This document shows, piece after piece, positions 11,820 to 24,971 of a DNA stretch of 64,000 nucleotides (position 1 is its first letter; every line of letters starts with the position of its first letter). A program made the translations under genes and the position numbers. Origin of the DNA: Macrostomum lignano. Taxonomy: Eukaryota. Under the pieces are notes generated by a model. The model was not told the origin of the DNA and made no database searches. It saw nothing but the letters and a program-made list of their open reading frames with translations. Location of the stretch: positions 1 through 64,000 of the forward strand of contig NIVC01000054.1 of assembly GCA_002269645.1 (NCBI GenBank), given 5' to 3'.

Positions 11820-12118
11820 TGGTGAGAGGTGGACAGAGATGCTGAGAGGTGGGCAGAGATGCTGAGAGGTGGACAGAGATGCTGAGAGGTGGGCAGAGAT
11901 GCTGAGAGGTGGGCAGAGATGCTGAGAGGTGGACAGAGATGCTGAGAGGTGGGCAGAGATGGGGGGAGGTGGACAGAGATACTGAGAGGTGGGCAGAGAT
12001 GCTGAGAGGTGGACAGAGATGCTGAGAGGTGGACAGAGATGCTGAGAGGTGGGCAGAGATGGGGGGAGGTGGACAGAGATACTGAGAGGTGGGCAGAGAT
12101 GGGGAGAGGTGGACAGGA
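11820..12118. repeat. 20-bp minisatellite GAGAGGTGG(A/G)CAGAGATGCT
   Basis: Direct reading. Confidence 0.95.
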
Positions 12119-12792
12119 GTGCAATCAAAATCCCAAAACCATAAGGTTAGCTGAAATTAGAAGCTGCAATCAAACGAGACGAGATTAGCGATAAAATATT
12201 CGTCTAACGCAAAAGTGCAATTGAAACGAACAAATTAAAAGACAAAAGTACAAATAAAAAATAAAATAAAAACCTCTTTCACGCATAAATAATATGTGAT
12301 AAATATTAACTATCACTGTTTCTACAATAATAAAAAAAGAATCCAAATTTGAAACAAAGAGATACTATAAATAATCAAGTATTGAATAGCGGTGGTTTAA
12401 CAGAATGAGTGCTATAGAACTTTGAGTACACACACACAGAGAGAGTCCGCAAGCTGTTGTCAGCCAGGGACAGCTTGAGACGCGGATTGAACAGGTGTTT
12501 TATCGCGTACATGCAGTCCGCAAAAGCCCACGGCCCAGGAAGCACAGGGAGAGACCAGAGATGGGTCAAAATGAAACCCTAATAGAGCCCCGATTTTGCA
12601 CACGGACAGGAGTGTCGCACAGGATAGCAGGTAGGGTAATAATGATAATAGTATATTTATATAAACTATAATTAAACAATAGTATTAAAGACCTAGCCTA
12701 GCACGAGACTTCGAATCTGTGAGAGTTACTAAGGGGGGGGGGTTAACCAGCTGCTGGAGGATTTATGAGCAGCTCCGCGGGTTGTCCGTCCG

Positions 12793-12955
12793 TCACTCAT
12801 CGTCTGGCACCAGGCGGGACTCGAAGATGGTCGCGTCGCAGCGTTGCACCTCGCCGCTGCTCAGCTTCTGGCCGATGATTCGCCAGTTGCTGACGTTGCG
12901 GTCGATCTGGCTGGTGAGCACAGAGCACTGGGCTGGCCACACCTTCACCATGGCT
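12793..12955 (-). CDS. PDE2A: PDE2 terminal coding exon (AMVKVWPAQCSVLTSQIDRNVSNW...VPDDE*)
   Basis: cccgcag acceptor phase 2, TGA at 12793; matches position of PDE catalytic C-terminal helices. Confidence 0.85.
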
Positions 12956-13164
12956 CTGCGGGACGCGAGTTGAGAGACGCACAGGTGAGCAATCTTACTG
13001 ACTACTCTACTAACAGTAAGCAAGTTAGGAAAATTATGAAATAAGTCCTATAAAGATGTTCGGACACTCTGTTCGGATATTCTTGTACATCTGTCAGAAA
13101 AATAAAAGCTCACCAACACATTACTAAAATCTGTTGTCATTACTAAATTAAACCAGAGTGGTTG

Positions 13165-13673
13165 CAGGTAACACAGTGTAAAATAGAAAAGAAGTGACTC
13201 TAGACGACTCTAAAATGACAAGCTGTCACGGTACAGGTCGCCACAAAGTCGTCAAAAAGTCGCTGAATTTAAGACGTTTCATCGTCTGCGACTTTGAACC
13301 GACTCTGGGGCCATAGAGTCGGATCTGAGGCGTGCTGGAGTCGCTGCAGAGTCACTTTATGGATTAGAGTCGCATTTCGACTTTAGAACAACTCTATTAG
13401 CCTACTTAAGTTAGTAGAAAGCTAAGCGCTAGCACACGACTCTTGGAACGACTTTTTTTGCGACTTCTCGACCCATGCGATGCGTTCGTGACTCAACAGT
13501 CGCCTCTACATCGCATTGCAGTCGTTTGAGTCGTTAAAAAGTCACAAGAGTCACTAGAGAGTTTGCAAGGACTATTTTGGCGATTCTTCAACGAGTTTCA
13601 TTCATCCAAAATGTGTCTAGTCTTTACAAATAGGACCTTAGAAAATGTTTTTAAGCAACAATTTTTTTACCTG
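13165..13673. mobile_element. Putative degenerate MITE in the last PDE2 intron
   Basis: Short inverted ends CAGGTAA / TTACCTG; interior dense in GACTC/GAGTC and CGAC/GTCG in both orientations. Confidence 0.3.
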
Positions 13674-13780
13674 GTATGATACCTACTACTTACAGTAGAC
13701 TTGATTGAAAACGCGAGCATTGGTGCAAAAATTCTATTCAGCTATTGATAGTAGCATTTTACAAAATTTTAGCCACTCAC

Positions 13781-14139
13781 TTGTAGACCGGAGCCGCGAT
13801 TATGTTCAGGAAGTTGACCTGCAGCTGCGGGATGTCCGCCTTGTCCCTGTCCATGCCCTCCGCCGGCTGCTTGCCCAGCGATTTCTCTTTGTCACCAAGG
13901 CTGAAGAACTCCTGATAGATGAGCTTAGCAACCTGCCTGGTGTTCTTCCACACCTTGGTCTGGTCGCTGAGGTCCGAGGCGGTCATGAGCAGGCAGAGCA
14001 TGAGGTAGCGGTGCTGCTGCTTGGACCAGTCCGGGCCCGACTCAGCCACCGCATCGATTTCAGACTTGATTTTCAAGTGGTGCGCCAGGTCCGTGGCCAG
14101 GATGATGTCACGGATGATGTCCAGCACGGCTGAGTACTC
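13781..14139 (-). CDS. PDE2A: PDE2 catalytic domain exon (DIILATDLAHHL...LLMTASDLSDQTK...DIPQLQVNF...PVYK)
   Basis: Near-identical motifs to PDE2A incl. ATDL, metal-ligand D of SDL, invariant Gln and clamp Phe; cag/gtgagt sites. Confidence 0.96.
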
Positions 14140-14189
14140 CTGAGGGGAGGGCGGCACTCCAGCTGATCACTGCCAACTGTGCAATCTTG

Positions 14190-14870
14190 AAGCTGGACTT
14201 CAGTAAGCCAAGCTGGACTTCAGTAAGCCAAGCTGGACTTCAGTAAGCCAAGCTGGACTTCAGTAAGCCAAGCTGGACTTCAGGACAAAACTGAACTTCA
14301 GGATACTAAACTGGACTTCAGAACACTAAACTAGACTTCAGGACACTAAAATGGACTTCAGGACACTAAACTGGACTTCAGGACACTAAGCTGGATTTCA
14401 GGACACTAAACTGGACTTCAGGACACTAAGCTGGATTTCAGGACACTAAACTGGACTTCAGGACACTAAACTGGACTTCAGGACACTAAACTAGACTTCA
14501 GGACACTAAAATGGACTTCAGAACACTAAACTAGACTTCAGGACACTAAAATGGACTTCAGGACACTAAACTAGGCTTCAGGACACTAAACTGGACTTCA
14601 GAACACTAAACTAGACTTCATGACACTAAAATGGACTTCAGGACACTAAACTGGACTTCAGGACACTAAGCTGGATTTCAGGACACTAAACTGGACTTCA
14701 GGACACTAAGCTGGATTTCAGGACACTAAACTGGACTTCAGGACACTAAACTGGACTTCAGGACACTAAGCTGGATTTCAGGACACTAAACTGGACTTCA
14801 GGACACTAAACTGGACTTCAGGACACTAAACTGGATTTCAGGACACTAAGCTGAACTTCAGGATACTAAA
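14190..14870. repeat. 20-bp minisatellite GGACACTAAACTGGACTTCA with a sub-array AGCTGGACTTCAGTAAGCCA
   Basis: Direct reading. Confidence 0.95.
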
Positions 14871-14911
14871 CTGGAGTAGCCAAGTAAACAGATAGCAAGA
14901 GAATCGCTCAC

Positions 14912-15215
14912 CTTCTCAGACAAATTCTCGAACACATTGCAGCCCTCCCTGTTGAGGATACACACAGTCTGGGAGAAGTGGTGGCGCTCCAGCACCGAGC
15001 CCTCGGAGCTGTACAGGCCCGATAGAGCCGAGCCGCTCGAGTTCTCAAAGGAGTTGTTGGTGCCGCGGTGGTCAATGTCGTGACAGAGCGAGGCCACCAG
15101 AAAAGAGAAGTACTCCAGCGGGGTCAGGCACTTGTCCAGTCGCAGGTTCTTCAGGCACAGGTAGGTGAAGTGCGCCACGGAGAATGCGTGAGACCAGTTG
15201 TGGTAGGGCGGGTCC
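14912..15215 (-). CDS. PDE2A: PDE2 catalytic domain exon ([13 protein letters not shown]...[13 protein letters not shown]...[13 protein letters not shown])
   Basis: YHN..H and HD.DHRGTNN class I PDE signature; YSSEGSV is PDE2-specific; phases consistent. Confidence 0.97.
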
Positions 15216-15261
15216 CTGCGGAGTGCGGTTCGGGTGCAGGATCACCAGAGACATTGGCAGC

Positions 15262-15600
15262 CCAAATCCCATGCACCTATGATCCCACAATGAAATCCCA
15301 AATCCTACAATAAAATCCCAAATCCCAAATCCTACAATCAAATCCCGAACCCCACAATGAAATCCCAAATCCCACATTCAAATCAAATCCCACAATGAAA
15401 TCCCAAATCCCACAATCAAATCCGAAATCCCAAAATGAAATCGCAAATCCCACAATAAAATCTCGAATCCTACAATGAAATCCCAAATCCCATATATCAA
15501 AGATCCCAGAATGAAATCGCAAATCCCATTTATCAAAGATCCCACAATGAAATCCCAAATCCCATGCATCAAAGATCCCACAATAGGATCCCAAATCCCA
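15262..15600. repeat. AAATCCC-based degenerate minisatellite
   Basis: Direct reading. Confidence 0.9.
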
Positions 15601-15615
15601 GCCCACTTCCCCAAC

Positions 15616-15917
15616 CTGTATCCCTTCCTGGCCAGCAGCACAAAGCGAGCCAGGGTGGTGCGGCGGATGCGCCAGGTTTTGGTGAGCTTGAGGTCGTCAA
15701 ACATCTGCACGACCGCTGAGCAGCTGTCGGCCTCCACAATGTCCCGGGGCACCGACACGAACTGGTCGAAGTGCGGGCAGAATTCGTCAAGCCGTCGCAC
15801 GGCAGCGTTCGCCAGGTCGTACACCGCGCGCTCGGGCACGTGCATGTGGTAGGTCATCAGCTCGGTGGCCAGCTGGTGCCGGGCCTGGGCCGCCTGCACC
15901 CTCTTGTACATCAGCGA
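15616..15917 (-). CDS. PDE2A: PDE2 exon, GAF-B/catalytic linker (SLMYKRVQAAQARHQLATELMTYHM...RFVLLARKGY)
   Basis: Matches PDE2A [25 protein letters not shown]; ccgcag / AG|gttggg. Confidence 0.95.
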
Positions 15918-15984
15918 CTGCGGAGAGCGGGCGGCAGTTCAGCACCCGTTTAATCTGCGCCGCTGCTGTCACACGTGAATGTTT

Positions 15985-16520
15985 AGCGTTCACACATCTA
16001 GCATTCACACACCTAGCTTAGCATTCACACACCTAGCTTAGCATTCACACACCTAGCTTAGCGTTCACACACCTAGCTTAGCATTCACACACCTAGCTTA
16101 GCGTTCACACACCTAGCTTAGCATTCACACACCTAGCTTAGCATTCACGCCTCTGTTTAGCATTCACACACGCAGCTTAGCATTCACACACCTAGCTTAG
16201 CATTCACGCCTCTGCTTAGCATTCACACACCCAGCTTAGCATTCACACACCTAGCTTAGCATTCACGCCTCTGCTTAGCATTCACACACCTAGCTTAGCG
16301 TTCACACACCTAGCTTAGCATTCACACACCTAGCTTAGCATTCAAACACCTTGCTTAGCATTCACGCCTCTGCTTAGCATTCACGCATCTAGCTTAGCAT
16401 TCACACCCTTGATTAGAATTCACACCCCTGCTTATCATTCACGCTCCTAGCTTAGCATTCACGCCCCTAGATTAGCATTCACGCCCCAAGCTTAAAATTC
16501 GCACCCCTAGATTCACGCAG
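15985..16520. repeat. 20-bp minisatellite GCATTCACACACCTAGCTTA
   Basis: Direct reading. Confidence 0.95.
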
Positions 16521-16617
16521 CTAGCTTGGATTTCACACGCGTTCCTCTGCATTCACGCCTGCCACTCTGCAATCACTCAGTATTCACACTGCATCCTCAG
16601 CCGCAGTCCAGACTCAC

Positions 16618-16768
16618 GTGAATGATGGCGATGCAGCAGTACACGGAGAAGGCCCTGGCCAAATCTTCGTCAAAGGTGGAGAAATGCGCGGCTTTGATTT
16701 TATTGCACAGCTGGGCCACACCGACTATGGTGCCGTGCTCGTCTTGGATGGGGAAGCAGAGAATGTTC
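16618..16768 (-). CDS. PDE2A: PDE2 GAF-B exon ([50 protein letters not shown])
   Basis: NK..FDE GAF motif; ttccag / CAC|gtgagt. Confidence 0.96.
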
Positions 16769-16805
16769 CTGGAAAGAGGGGGGAGTTTGCACTGTGTGCG
16801 TCATT

Positions 16806-17150
16806 GGTGGTTGAATGGGGTGGTGGTTGAATGGGGTGGTGGTTAAATGGAGTGGTGGTTGAATAGGGTGTTAGTTGAATGGGGTGGTGGTTAAATGGAG
16901 TGGTAGTTAAATGGGGTGGTGGTTGAATGGGGTGGTGGTTAAATGGAGTGGTGGTTGAATGGGGTGGTGGTTGAATAGGGTGTTAGTTGAATGGGGTGGT
17001 GGTTAAATGGAGTGGTGGTTGAATAGGGTGGTAGTTGAATAGGGTGGTGGTTGAATGGGGTGGTGGTTAAATAGGGTGGTGCGTGAATGGGGTGGTGAGT
17101 GAATAGGGTGGTGAGTGAATGGGGTGGTGGGTGAATAAAGGGTGTGTGCA
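16806..17150. repeat. 16-bp minisatellite GTGGTGGTTGAATGGG
   Basis: Direct reading. Confidence 0.95.
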
Positions 17151-17244
17151 TTGTGTGGTGGGTGAAAATGAAAACAGAATGCTGAGAAAGACTGTCGCAA
17201 TTGCCCAGTCAGATCAAAGCAGTGACTCGCAGCGGCGCTCTCAC

Positions 17245-17326
17245 CGAGTCCTAAAGCCGGTGTCCTCGTCCACCTTGCTGTAGAACAACGGATGCGAGTA
17301 GGCGTCTTTGATGTTGAGTAGTTCGC
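17245..17326 (-). CDS. PDE2A: PDE2 GAF-B exon ([26 protein letters not shown])
   Basis: LNI.DAY.HPLF...VD..TGFRT GAF motif; ccgcag / CG|gtgaga. Confidence 0.95.
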
Positions 17327-17424
17327 CTGCGGATTTGTTTGAATTGGTGGCAATATTTTCAAAGATTTAAATGCCTAGAGTTATAAAAGTATACAAGAGA
17401 AATGTCAGTCAAAGGGGTTTTCAG

Positions 17425-17555
17425 TTTGGGTCAAGGGAAGTTTGGGTCAAGGGAAGTTTGGGTCAAGGGAAGTTTGGGTCAAGGGCAATTTGGGTCAAGG
17501 GCAATTTGGGTCAATGGCAGTTTGGATCAAAGGCAGTTTGGGTCTTTGGGTCAAA
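17425..17555. repeat. 16-bp repeat TTTGGGTCAAGGGAAG
   Basis: Direct reading. Confidence 0.9.
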
Positions 17556-17640
17556 GTTTCTGAGTTTTAATCAGGTTTAAGAGTTTCTGTATTGCATTAT
17601 TAAAGCAAAAATGTTTATTAACAGACAATAAATTGCTCAC

Positions 17641-17701
17641 CTTTGGTGGCCACGTAGCCAGCAACTCCGTGGGTTGCGGGGATTCGAATCTCCACTGGTT
17701 G
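17641..17701 (-). CDS. PDE2A: PDE2 GAF-B exon (QPVEIRIPATHGVAGYVATK)
   Basis: EIRIP...G.AG.VAT motif; ccccag / G|gtgagc. Confidence 0.94.
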
Positions 17702-17866
17702 CTGGGGAAGAGAGGAAATGGAGAGCACAGATATTGTAATTAGCTGTGTGAACTGTTCGTAGCAGCTTAATGTTTTTTTTCAGAATTCTTCCGAGAAAAA
17801 TGGCTAAAATCGAATAATTTCGTTCAGCTAAAGCTATTTTATACCGTATACATATAGCTAAAGGCA

Positions 17867-18270
17867 TCTATCCACCAGCATATATCCACCAACATCTATC
17901 CACCAACATCTATCCACCAGCATCTATCCACCAACATCTATCCACCAACATCTATCCACCAGCATCTATCCACCAACATCTATCCACCAGCATCTATCCA
18001 CCAACATCTATCCACCAACATCTACCCAACAGCATCCATCCACCAGCATCCATCCACCAGCATCCATCCACCAGCATCCATCCACCAGCATCCATCCACC
18101 AGCATCTATCCACCAACATCTATCCACCAACATCTATCCAACAGCATCCATCCAACAGCATCTATCTAACAGCATCTATCCACCAGCATCTATCCAACAG
18201 CATCTATCCACCAGCATCTATCCACCAGCATCTTTCCACCAGCATCTATTCACCAGCATCTATCTATCCA
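17867..18270. repeat. ~14-bp minisatellite CATCTATCCACCA(A/G)
   Basis: Direct reading. Confidence 0.95.
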
Positions 18271-19029
18271 CAACAACCCACAAACCGCAGGACAAAGAAG
18301 TGAGCACCCAAATCGGTCCTCACTCGAACTCATACACAACAGTACAAGGAATTCAAGCACAAAGCGAAGCAAATTCGAAGCGCACAACGTCAAAATATAA
18401 ATATGGTTACAAGTTGTTGACTAACTCTGCTACTGTTAGTAGAGGAGTTGCAAAGCCAGCGTAAAGTTTTGTTATTTCGAGAATAAATAGATTTTCAAAA
18501 GCTAAAGTATATATTCGTCACAACGGTAGGATTTGGATTTATTAGACCAGGTCAGCAAGCCGATGCGACCAACATTTGGAATCCAAATGAAATCAACAGA
18601 CAGACATAAATTACTACTTAACTATGATCTACGAGAAATAAGCAATCGTTGGGCATAAATATAATTGGGAGCACAAAAATGGAAACTGAGACAGCGCAGC
18701 GGGTGCACCTCGATTTCTGTTCCGTCCGATAAGAGAATTTTTCTCTGAACAACCTGAGCAGAAGAGGAAGGCGCGGATTGTTATAGTAAAACAGAAACAA
18801 AAAATAAATAACTCCAGAGATCAGGTAGATTAAAAACTAGATTAATAAATCCGCCATAAAAACTTTTGTCCGTCGTACGAGCTGGATAAATGCCCTGTGC
18901 GTGTGTACTACTTAAAGTAGTTTAATTTCTTACCAGTGCATCATTACTGAATCTGTTGCAAGTGCCCAGGAACTAAAAAATGGAGTCTAGCGGCACAGCG
19001 TTTAGTCCTGGCGCAGCTGATAAGGGCAG

Positions 19030-19248
19030 CGTGGGAGGTGTGGCGGCTCATCAAAGATTGTGTGGGAGGGTGTGGCGGCTCATCAAAGACTGTGTGGGAG
19101 GGTGTGGCGGCTCATCAAAGACTGTGTGGGAGGGTGTGGCGGCTCATCAAAGATTGTGTGGGAGGGTGTGGCGGCTCATCAAAGATTGTGTGGGGGTGTG
19201 GCGGCTCATCAAAGATTGTGTGGGAGGGTGGCGGCTCATCAAAGACTG
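19030..19248. repeat. 32-bp minisatellite GTGTGGGAGGGTGTGGCGGCTCATCAAAGACT
   Basis: Direct reading. Confidence 0.95.
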
Positions 19249-19444
19249 TTAAACATACTTCACTCTGAAGTTAAGAGTTCGAGCGCAAAGTGCTTTAATT
19301 CAAGTTGGTAAATGGTGCAATAAAGTAATGGTCTATTTTTAAACACGGTTTGAGTGCGTGAAGTTAATTTTAAGATTAACTGCACTATGCGATCAACTGA
19401 ACTGCAGGCAAGCAGGTTAAGAAGGAGCTGCAAAAGCAACTCAC

Positions 19445-19531
19445 CTCCTTCTCGTTAGATGTGGTTGGCAGTCCATCGAACACCTTGGCAACCAGTTCGT
19501 TGGTCTCGCGTCAAGTAGGAAGACTGAGCAC
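19445..19531 (-). CDS. PDE2A: PDE2 GAF-B exon (CSVFLLDRETNELVAKVFDGLPTTSNEKE)
   Basis: CSVFLLD and ELVAKVFDG motifs in frames offset by 1 nt (one C missing near 19510); aacag / GAG|gtga. Confidence 0.9.
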
Positions 19532-19602
19532 CTGTTATTTAGCGGTTGAACGATTTTTTTTTCATTCCGATCCGTATTCTTTCTGCGTTTTCAAGCCCTC
19601 AC

Positions 19603-21560
19603 CTGTTCCTCCCCTCCTCTGTTCCTCCCCTCCCCTGTTCCTCCCATCCCCTGTTCCTTCCCTCCCCTGTTCCTCCCCTCCTCTGTTCCTCCCTCCCCTG
19701 TTCCTCCCATCCCCTGTTCCTTCCCTCCCCTGTTCCTCCCCTCCCCTGTTCCTCCCCTCCCCTGTTCCTCCCCTCCCCTGTTCCTCCCTCCCCTGTTCCT
19801 CCCTCCCCTGATCCTCCCTCCCCTGTTCCTCCCTCCCCTGTTCCTCCCTCACTGTTCCTCCCATCCCCTGTTCCTCCCTCTGTTCCTCCCCTCCCCTGTT
19901 CCTTCCCTCCCTGTTCCTCTCATCCCTTTCCTCCCCTCTCTGTTCCTCCCCTCTCTGTTCCTCCCTCTCTGTTCCTCCCTCTCTGTTCCTCCCCTCTCTG
20001 TTCCTCCCTCCCCTGTTCCTCCCCTCCCCTGTTCCTCCCCTCCCCTGTTCTTCCCCTCTCTGTTCCTCCCCTCTCTGTTCCTCCCTCCCTGTTCTTCCCC
20101 TCTCTGTTCTTCCCCTCTCTGTTCCTCCCCTCTCTGTTCCTCCCATCCCCTGTTCCTCCCCTCTGTTCCTCCCCTCTCTGTTCCTCCCTTCTCTGTTCTT
20201 CCCCTCTCTGTTCCTCCCCTCTCTGTTCCTCCCTTCTCTGTTCTTCCCCTCTCTGTTCCTCCCTCTCTGTTCCTCCCCTCTCTGTTCCTCCCCTCTCTGT
20301 TCCTCCCTCTCTGTTCCTCCCCTCTCTGTTCTTCCCCTCTCTGTTCCTCCCATCCCCTGTTCTTCCCCTCTCTGTTCCTCCCCTCTATGTTCCTCCCCTC
20401 CCTGTTCTTCCCCTCTCTGTTCTTCCCCTCTCTGTTCCCCCCTCTCTGTTCCTCCCATCCCCTGTTCCTCCCCTCTGTTCCTCCCCTCTCTGTTCCTCCC
20501 TTCTCTGTTCTTCCCCTCTCTGTTCCTCCCCTCTCTGTTCCTCCCCTCTCTGTTCTTCCCCTCTCTGTTCCTCCCCTCTCTGTTCCTCCCCTCTCTGTTC
20601 CTCCCTCTCTGTTCCTCCCTCTCCGTTCCTCCCCTCTCTGTTCCTCCCCTCTCTGTTCTTCCCCTCTCTGTTCCTCCCCTCCCCTGTTCTTCCCCTCTCT
20701 GTTCCTCCCTCTCTGTTCCTCCCCTCTCTGTTCCTCCCTCTCTGTTCCTCCCCTCTCTGTTCCTCCCCTCTCTGTTCCTCCCCTCCCCTGTTCTTCCCCT
20801 CTCTGTTCCTCCCCTCTCTGTTCCTCCCTCCCTGTTCTTCCCCTCTCTGTTCTTCCCCTCTCTGTTCCTCCCCTCTCTGTTCCTCCCATCCCCTGTTCCT
20901 CCCCTCTGTTCCTCCCCTCTCTGTTCCTCCCCTCCCCTGTTCTTCCCCTCTCTGTTCCTCCCTCTCTGTTCCTCCCTCTCTGTTCCTCCCCTCTCTGTTC
21001 CTCCCCTCTCTGTTCCTCCCTCTCTGTTCCTCCCTCTCTGTTCCTCCCTCTCTGTTCTTCCCCTCTCTGTTCCTCCCATCCCCTGTTCTTCCCCTCTCTG
21101 TTCCTCCCCTCTCTGTTCCTCCCCTCCCTGTTCTTCCCCTCTCTGTTCTTCCCCTCTCTGTTCCTCCCCTCTCTGTTCCTCCCATCCCCTGTTCCTCCCC
21201 TCTGTTCCTCCCCTCTCTGTTCCTCCCCTCTCTGTTCTTCCCCTCTCTGTTCCTCCCCTCTCTGTTCCTCCCCTCTTTGTTCTTCCCCTCTCTGTTCCTC
21301 CCCTCTCTGTTCCTCCCCTCTCTGTTCCTCCCCTCTCTGTTCCTCCCCTCTCTGTTCCTCCCCTCTCTGTTCCTCCCCTCTCTGTTCTTCCCCTCTCTGT
21401 TCCTCCCCTCTCTGTTCCTCCCATCCCCTGTTCCTCCCCTCTGTTCCTCCCCTTTCTGTTCCTCCCTTCTCTGTTCTTCCCCTCTCTGTTCCTCCCCTCT
21501 CTGTTCCTCCTCTCTCTGTTCCTCCCTCTCTGTAACTCCCCTCTCTGTTCCTACCTCCCC
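19603..21560. repeat. ~16-17-bp polypyrimidine minisatellite (CTGTTCCTCCCCTCT), ~2 kb
   Basis: Direct reading. Confidence 0.97.
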
Positions 21561-21587
21561 GATCCTCCCCTCCCCCGCCAGTCTCAC

Positions 21588-21691
21588 CTCTCGGCCTGTG
21601 TGAGATTCCTGGCCTCGGCCATGATTTCCCGGAGCAGAACGGTCAGGTCATCCAGTTTGCGAAAAATATTCTGAGCCACCTGCAGCAAGGC
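21588..21691 (-). CDS. PDE2A: PDE2 exon ([34 protein letters not shown])
   Basis: Matches PDE2A [30 protein letters not shown]; atccag / AG|gtgaga. Confidence 0.95.
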
Positions 21692-21793
21692 CTGGATGCA
21701 GGTGGGACGGGAGGGAACAGACAGCTAAGCTGGATAGCCCTGGTCATTCTGGAGTCAGAAGCTGAGTGAAAATGCGTCTCATAACGCGCTCAC

Positions 21794-21905
21794 CTGAGTC
21801 TGGTTCTTCAGCATCCGCTCAGTCTGGAACGCGATGGTGCTGGTCAGCACGGTGCTCGTGTAGCGAAAACACTCGTGAATCACGTCTACGTCAACTGAGG
21901 AAAAA
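21794..21905 (-). CDS. PDE2A: PDE2 GAF-A end (FSSVDVDVIHECFRYTSTVLTSTIAFQTERMLKNQTQ)
   Basis: CF.YTSTVLTST.AFQ motif; only the aag acceptor at 21906 keeps frame; CAG|gtgagc. Confidence 0.92.
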
Positions 21906-22005
21906 CTTTAGTAGCGGAGAATAATGAAAATCGATGCAAATCTTAACATTTATGCTACTGAAAGTAGGCAAGTTTTGAATTTTATGCTTAAAAAATTGTG
22001 CTCAC

Positions 22006-22142
22006 TCGGCGGACGATAATTTATTAACCATGCAAGCGATGGCAACCACTTGGGAGGCGCCTCGGCTGGTGACCGGGACGCAGAGTAGCGACCTGATGGA
22101 CACCGAGTCACCGAGCACCGACTGGATGTCAGCCAGCTGCTC
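22006..22142 (-). CDS. PDE2A: PDE2 GAF-A exon (EQLADIQSVLGDSVSIRSLLCVPVTSRGASQVVAIACMVNKLSSA)
   Basis: LCVPV.SR...VVA.AC..NK motif; ccacag / GA|gtgagc. Confidence 0.94.
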
Positions 22143-22146
22143 CTGT

Positions 22147-22592
22147 GGGTGAATAGGGGTTTGTGTGAATAAGGGTGTGTGTGAATAGGGGTTTGTGTGT
22201 GAATAGAGGTTTGTGTGTGAATAGGGGTTTGTTTGTGAATAGTGGTTTGTGTGTGAATAGGGGTTTGTTTGTGAATAGTGGTTTGTGTGTGAATAGGGGT
22301 TTGTTTGTGAATAGAGGTTTGTGTGTGAATAGTGGTGTGTGGGTGAATAGGGGTTTGTGTGTGAATAGGGGTTTGTGTGTAAATAGGGGTTTGTGTGTGA
22401 ATAGGGGTTTGTTTGTGAATAGTGGTTTGTGTGTAAATAGGGGTTTGTGTGTGAATAGGGGTTTGTTTGTGAATAGTGGTTTGTGTGTGAATAGGGGTTT
22501 GTTTGTGAATAGTGGTTTGTGTGTGAATAGGGGTTTGTTTGTGAATAGGGGTTTGTGTGTGAATAGGGGTTTGTGTGTGAATAGGGGTGCGT
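22147..22592. repeat. 18-bp minisatellite GTGTGTGAATAGGGGTTT
   Basis: Direct reading. Confidence 0.95.
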
Positions 22593-22651
22593 GAATACGG
22601 GTGTAGGTGGTATGGGGTGAGTATGCAAGAATTGCGTGAAAAATTGCTCAC

Positions 22652-22720
22652 TTGCGGTATGTCATCCAGGTAGTGCGACTTGCTGCTTTCAATCATGGTT
22701 TCAAAAAAATTCATGTGGGC
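22652..22720 (-). CDS. PDE2A: PDE2 GAF-A exon (AHMNFFETMIESSKSHYLDDIPQ)
   Basis: tttcag / CAA|gtgagc, phase 0/0, positional homology. Confidence 0.8.
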
Positions 22721-22986
22721 CTGAAATTTTTTTTGGATTTTTTCTTCCTTGCTTTGTATGAAACGATGAAATTAAAACGTAATCAGGCTACTACTAATGA
22801 CATATATTGAATATGCACATCAGGAATCTCTCGACTAAACTCGCATAGAATGCATCATAAATAGATATTCTTAAATTCATAAATGGAATGGGCCACCTAA
22901 TCGCAGAACAGCCGTCCGAATGTGTGTGAATAGGTGGATTTCAGATGGACCAGAAAGCATTGAAGTCATAGATCTGGCCTTTGAGT

Positions 22987-23823
<837 letters not shown>

Positions 23824-24409
23824 ACACACCGAGTCGGCAAAGGGAGATGGGGACAACTCAAACGCAGTCCCAGTCGCAGATTAATTTTAGCTCACAGAGA
23901 AAAATTCCTTTCAAGATTTCTAAATTGCATTTTTGCGCGCATTCGTAGAAACTACACGCAGGAAGAGAGAGGGGGAGAGACAGAAGACACCCCCCTTAAT
24001 CCGCTAGAGGAAGCTGGAGATGCGGCCGGAGCGCCGGCGGGGCAGGAGCAAATAAAGGAAATTGAGCGCGGCTGCAGAAACTCGGCTGGCAGTCCCAGCT
24101 GACCAGAGCAGCCCAGCTCAGACTGGCCGGCCTGAAGAGACTGACAGCCCCGTTTTGCGTCAACTAATTAATGAGAGTTCGATAGGGCGGAATGCTCAGA
24201 CTTGAGTCCGGGGCCTGAGCTGTCTGAGATTTCCTGGGGAATTTGCAGGGCAGAGCATAGCGATATGCAACTGCACTGTTTTAGTCAAGACGCATTCGTG
24301 CTGCATATCTGCGTTCGTGATGCTGTGAGCAGTAGAGAGACTGACTGTACCGGCAAACGGCTGCGTGCCAATGAGTTCAACAATAAACATAATGGAGTGG
24401 CAGATTCAA

Positions 24410-24585
24410 AGAGTAGACAAGCAGATTCAAAGAGTAGTCAAGTAGATTCAAGAAGTAGACAAGTAGATTCAAGAAGTAGACAAGTAGATTCACAGAGTAT
24501 ATGAGTAGATTTAAGAAGTAGACAAGTAGATCCAAGAAGTAGACAAGTAGATTAAAAAAGTAGATTTAAAGAGTAGACAAGTAGA
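24410..24585. repeat. 21-bp repeat AGTAGACAAGTAGATTCAAGA
   Basis: Direct reading. Confidence 0.9.
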
Positions 24586-24799
24586 CAAGAAACTGGAATT
24601 CAGGGAAGATAAAAGCGGGCTTCAATGGCCAGAATTCTGTCTGCATTCAGGCTACCTTCTGAAGCTCAGAATCTGTTTGCTTTAAAAGAAGAAGGCCTTG
24701 ACTAGGAGAGAATTTCATTAGTGCCTAAGTTTAAAATTTTCTTTGTCCAGCATCCTCAGCGCCATCAACTCTTGGTCTGGGCAATCAATCAATACGTAC

Positions 24800-24841
24800 A
24801 CCGATGTGAATCTGATCCGGCAGAATGCTATCGCCCACGAC
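24800..24841 (-). CDS. PDE2A: PDE2 GAF-A micro-exon (VVGDSILPDQIHIG)
   Basis: Matches PDE2A VIGDKVLGEEVSF; tttcag / GGT|gtacgt. Confidence 0.85.
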
Positions 24842-24971
24842 CTGAAAAGTTGTGGGACGGACGCTGTTTGAGATTAAGGCTTTGGCTTTGCTCATTTCCT
24901 GCATTCCTCATAGCCAGGCATTCATTCATTGGTACTTTTCATAAGAAAATTGCTTCTTTTTCTTTATACAG

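Noticed and set aside
19546-21603. 685/620-aa ORFs
   Set aside because: Translations of a stop-free minisatellite inside a PDE2 intron; open in several frames on both strands.
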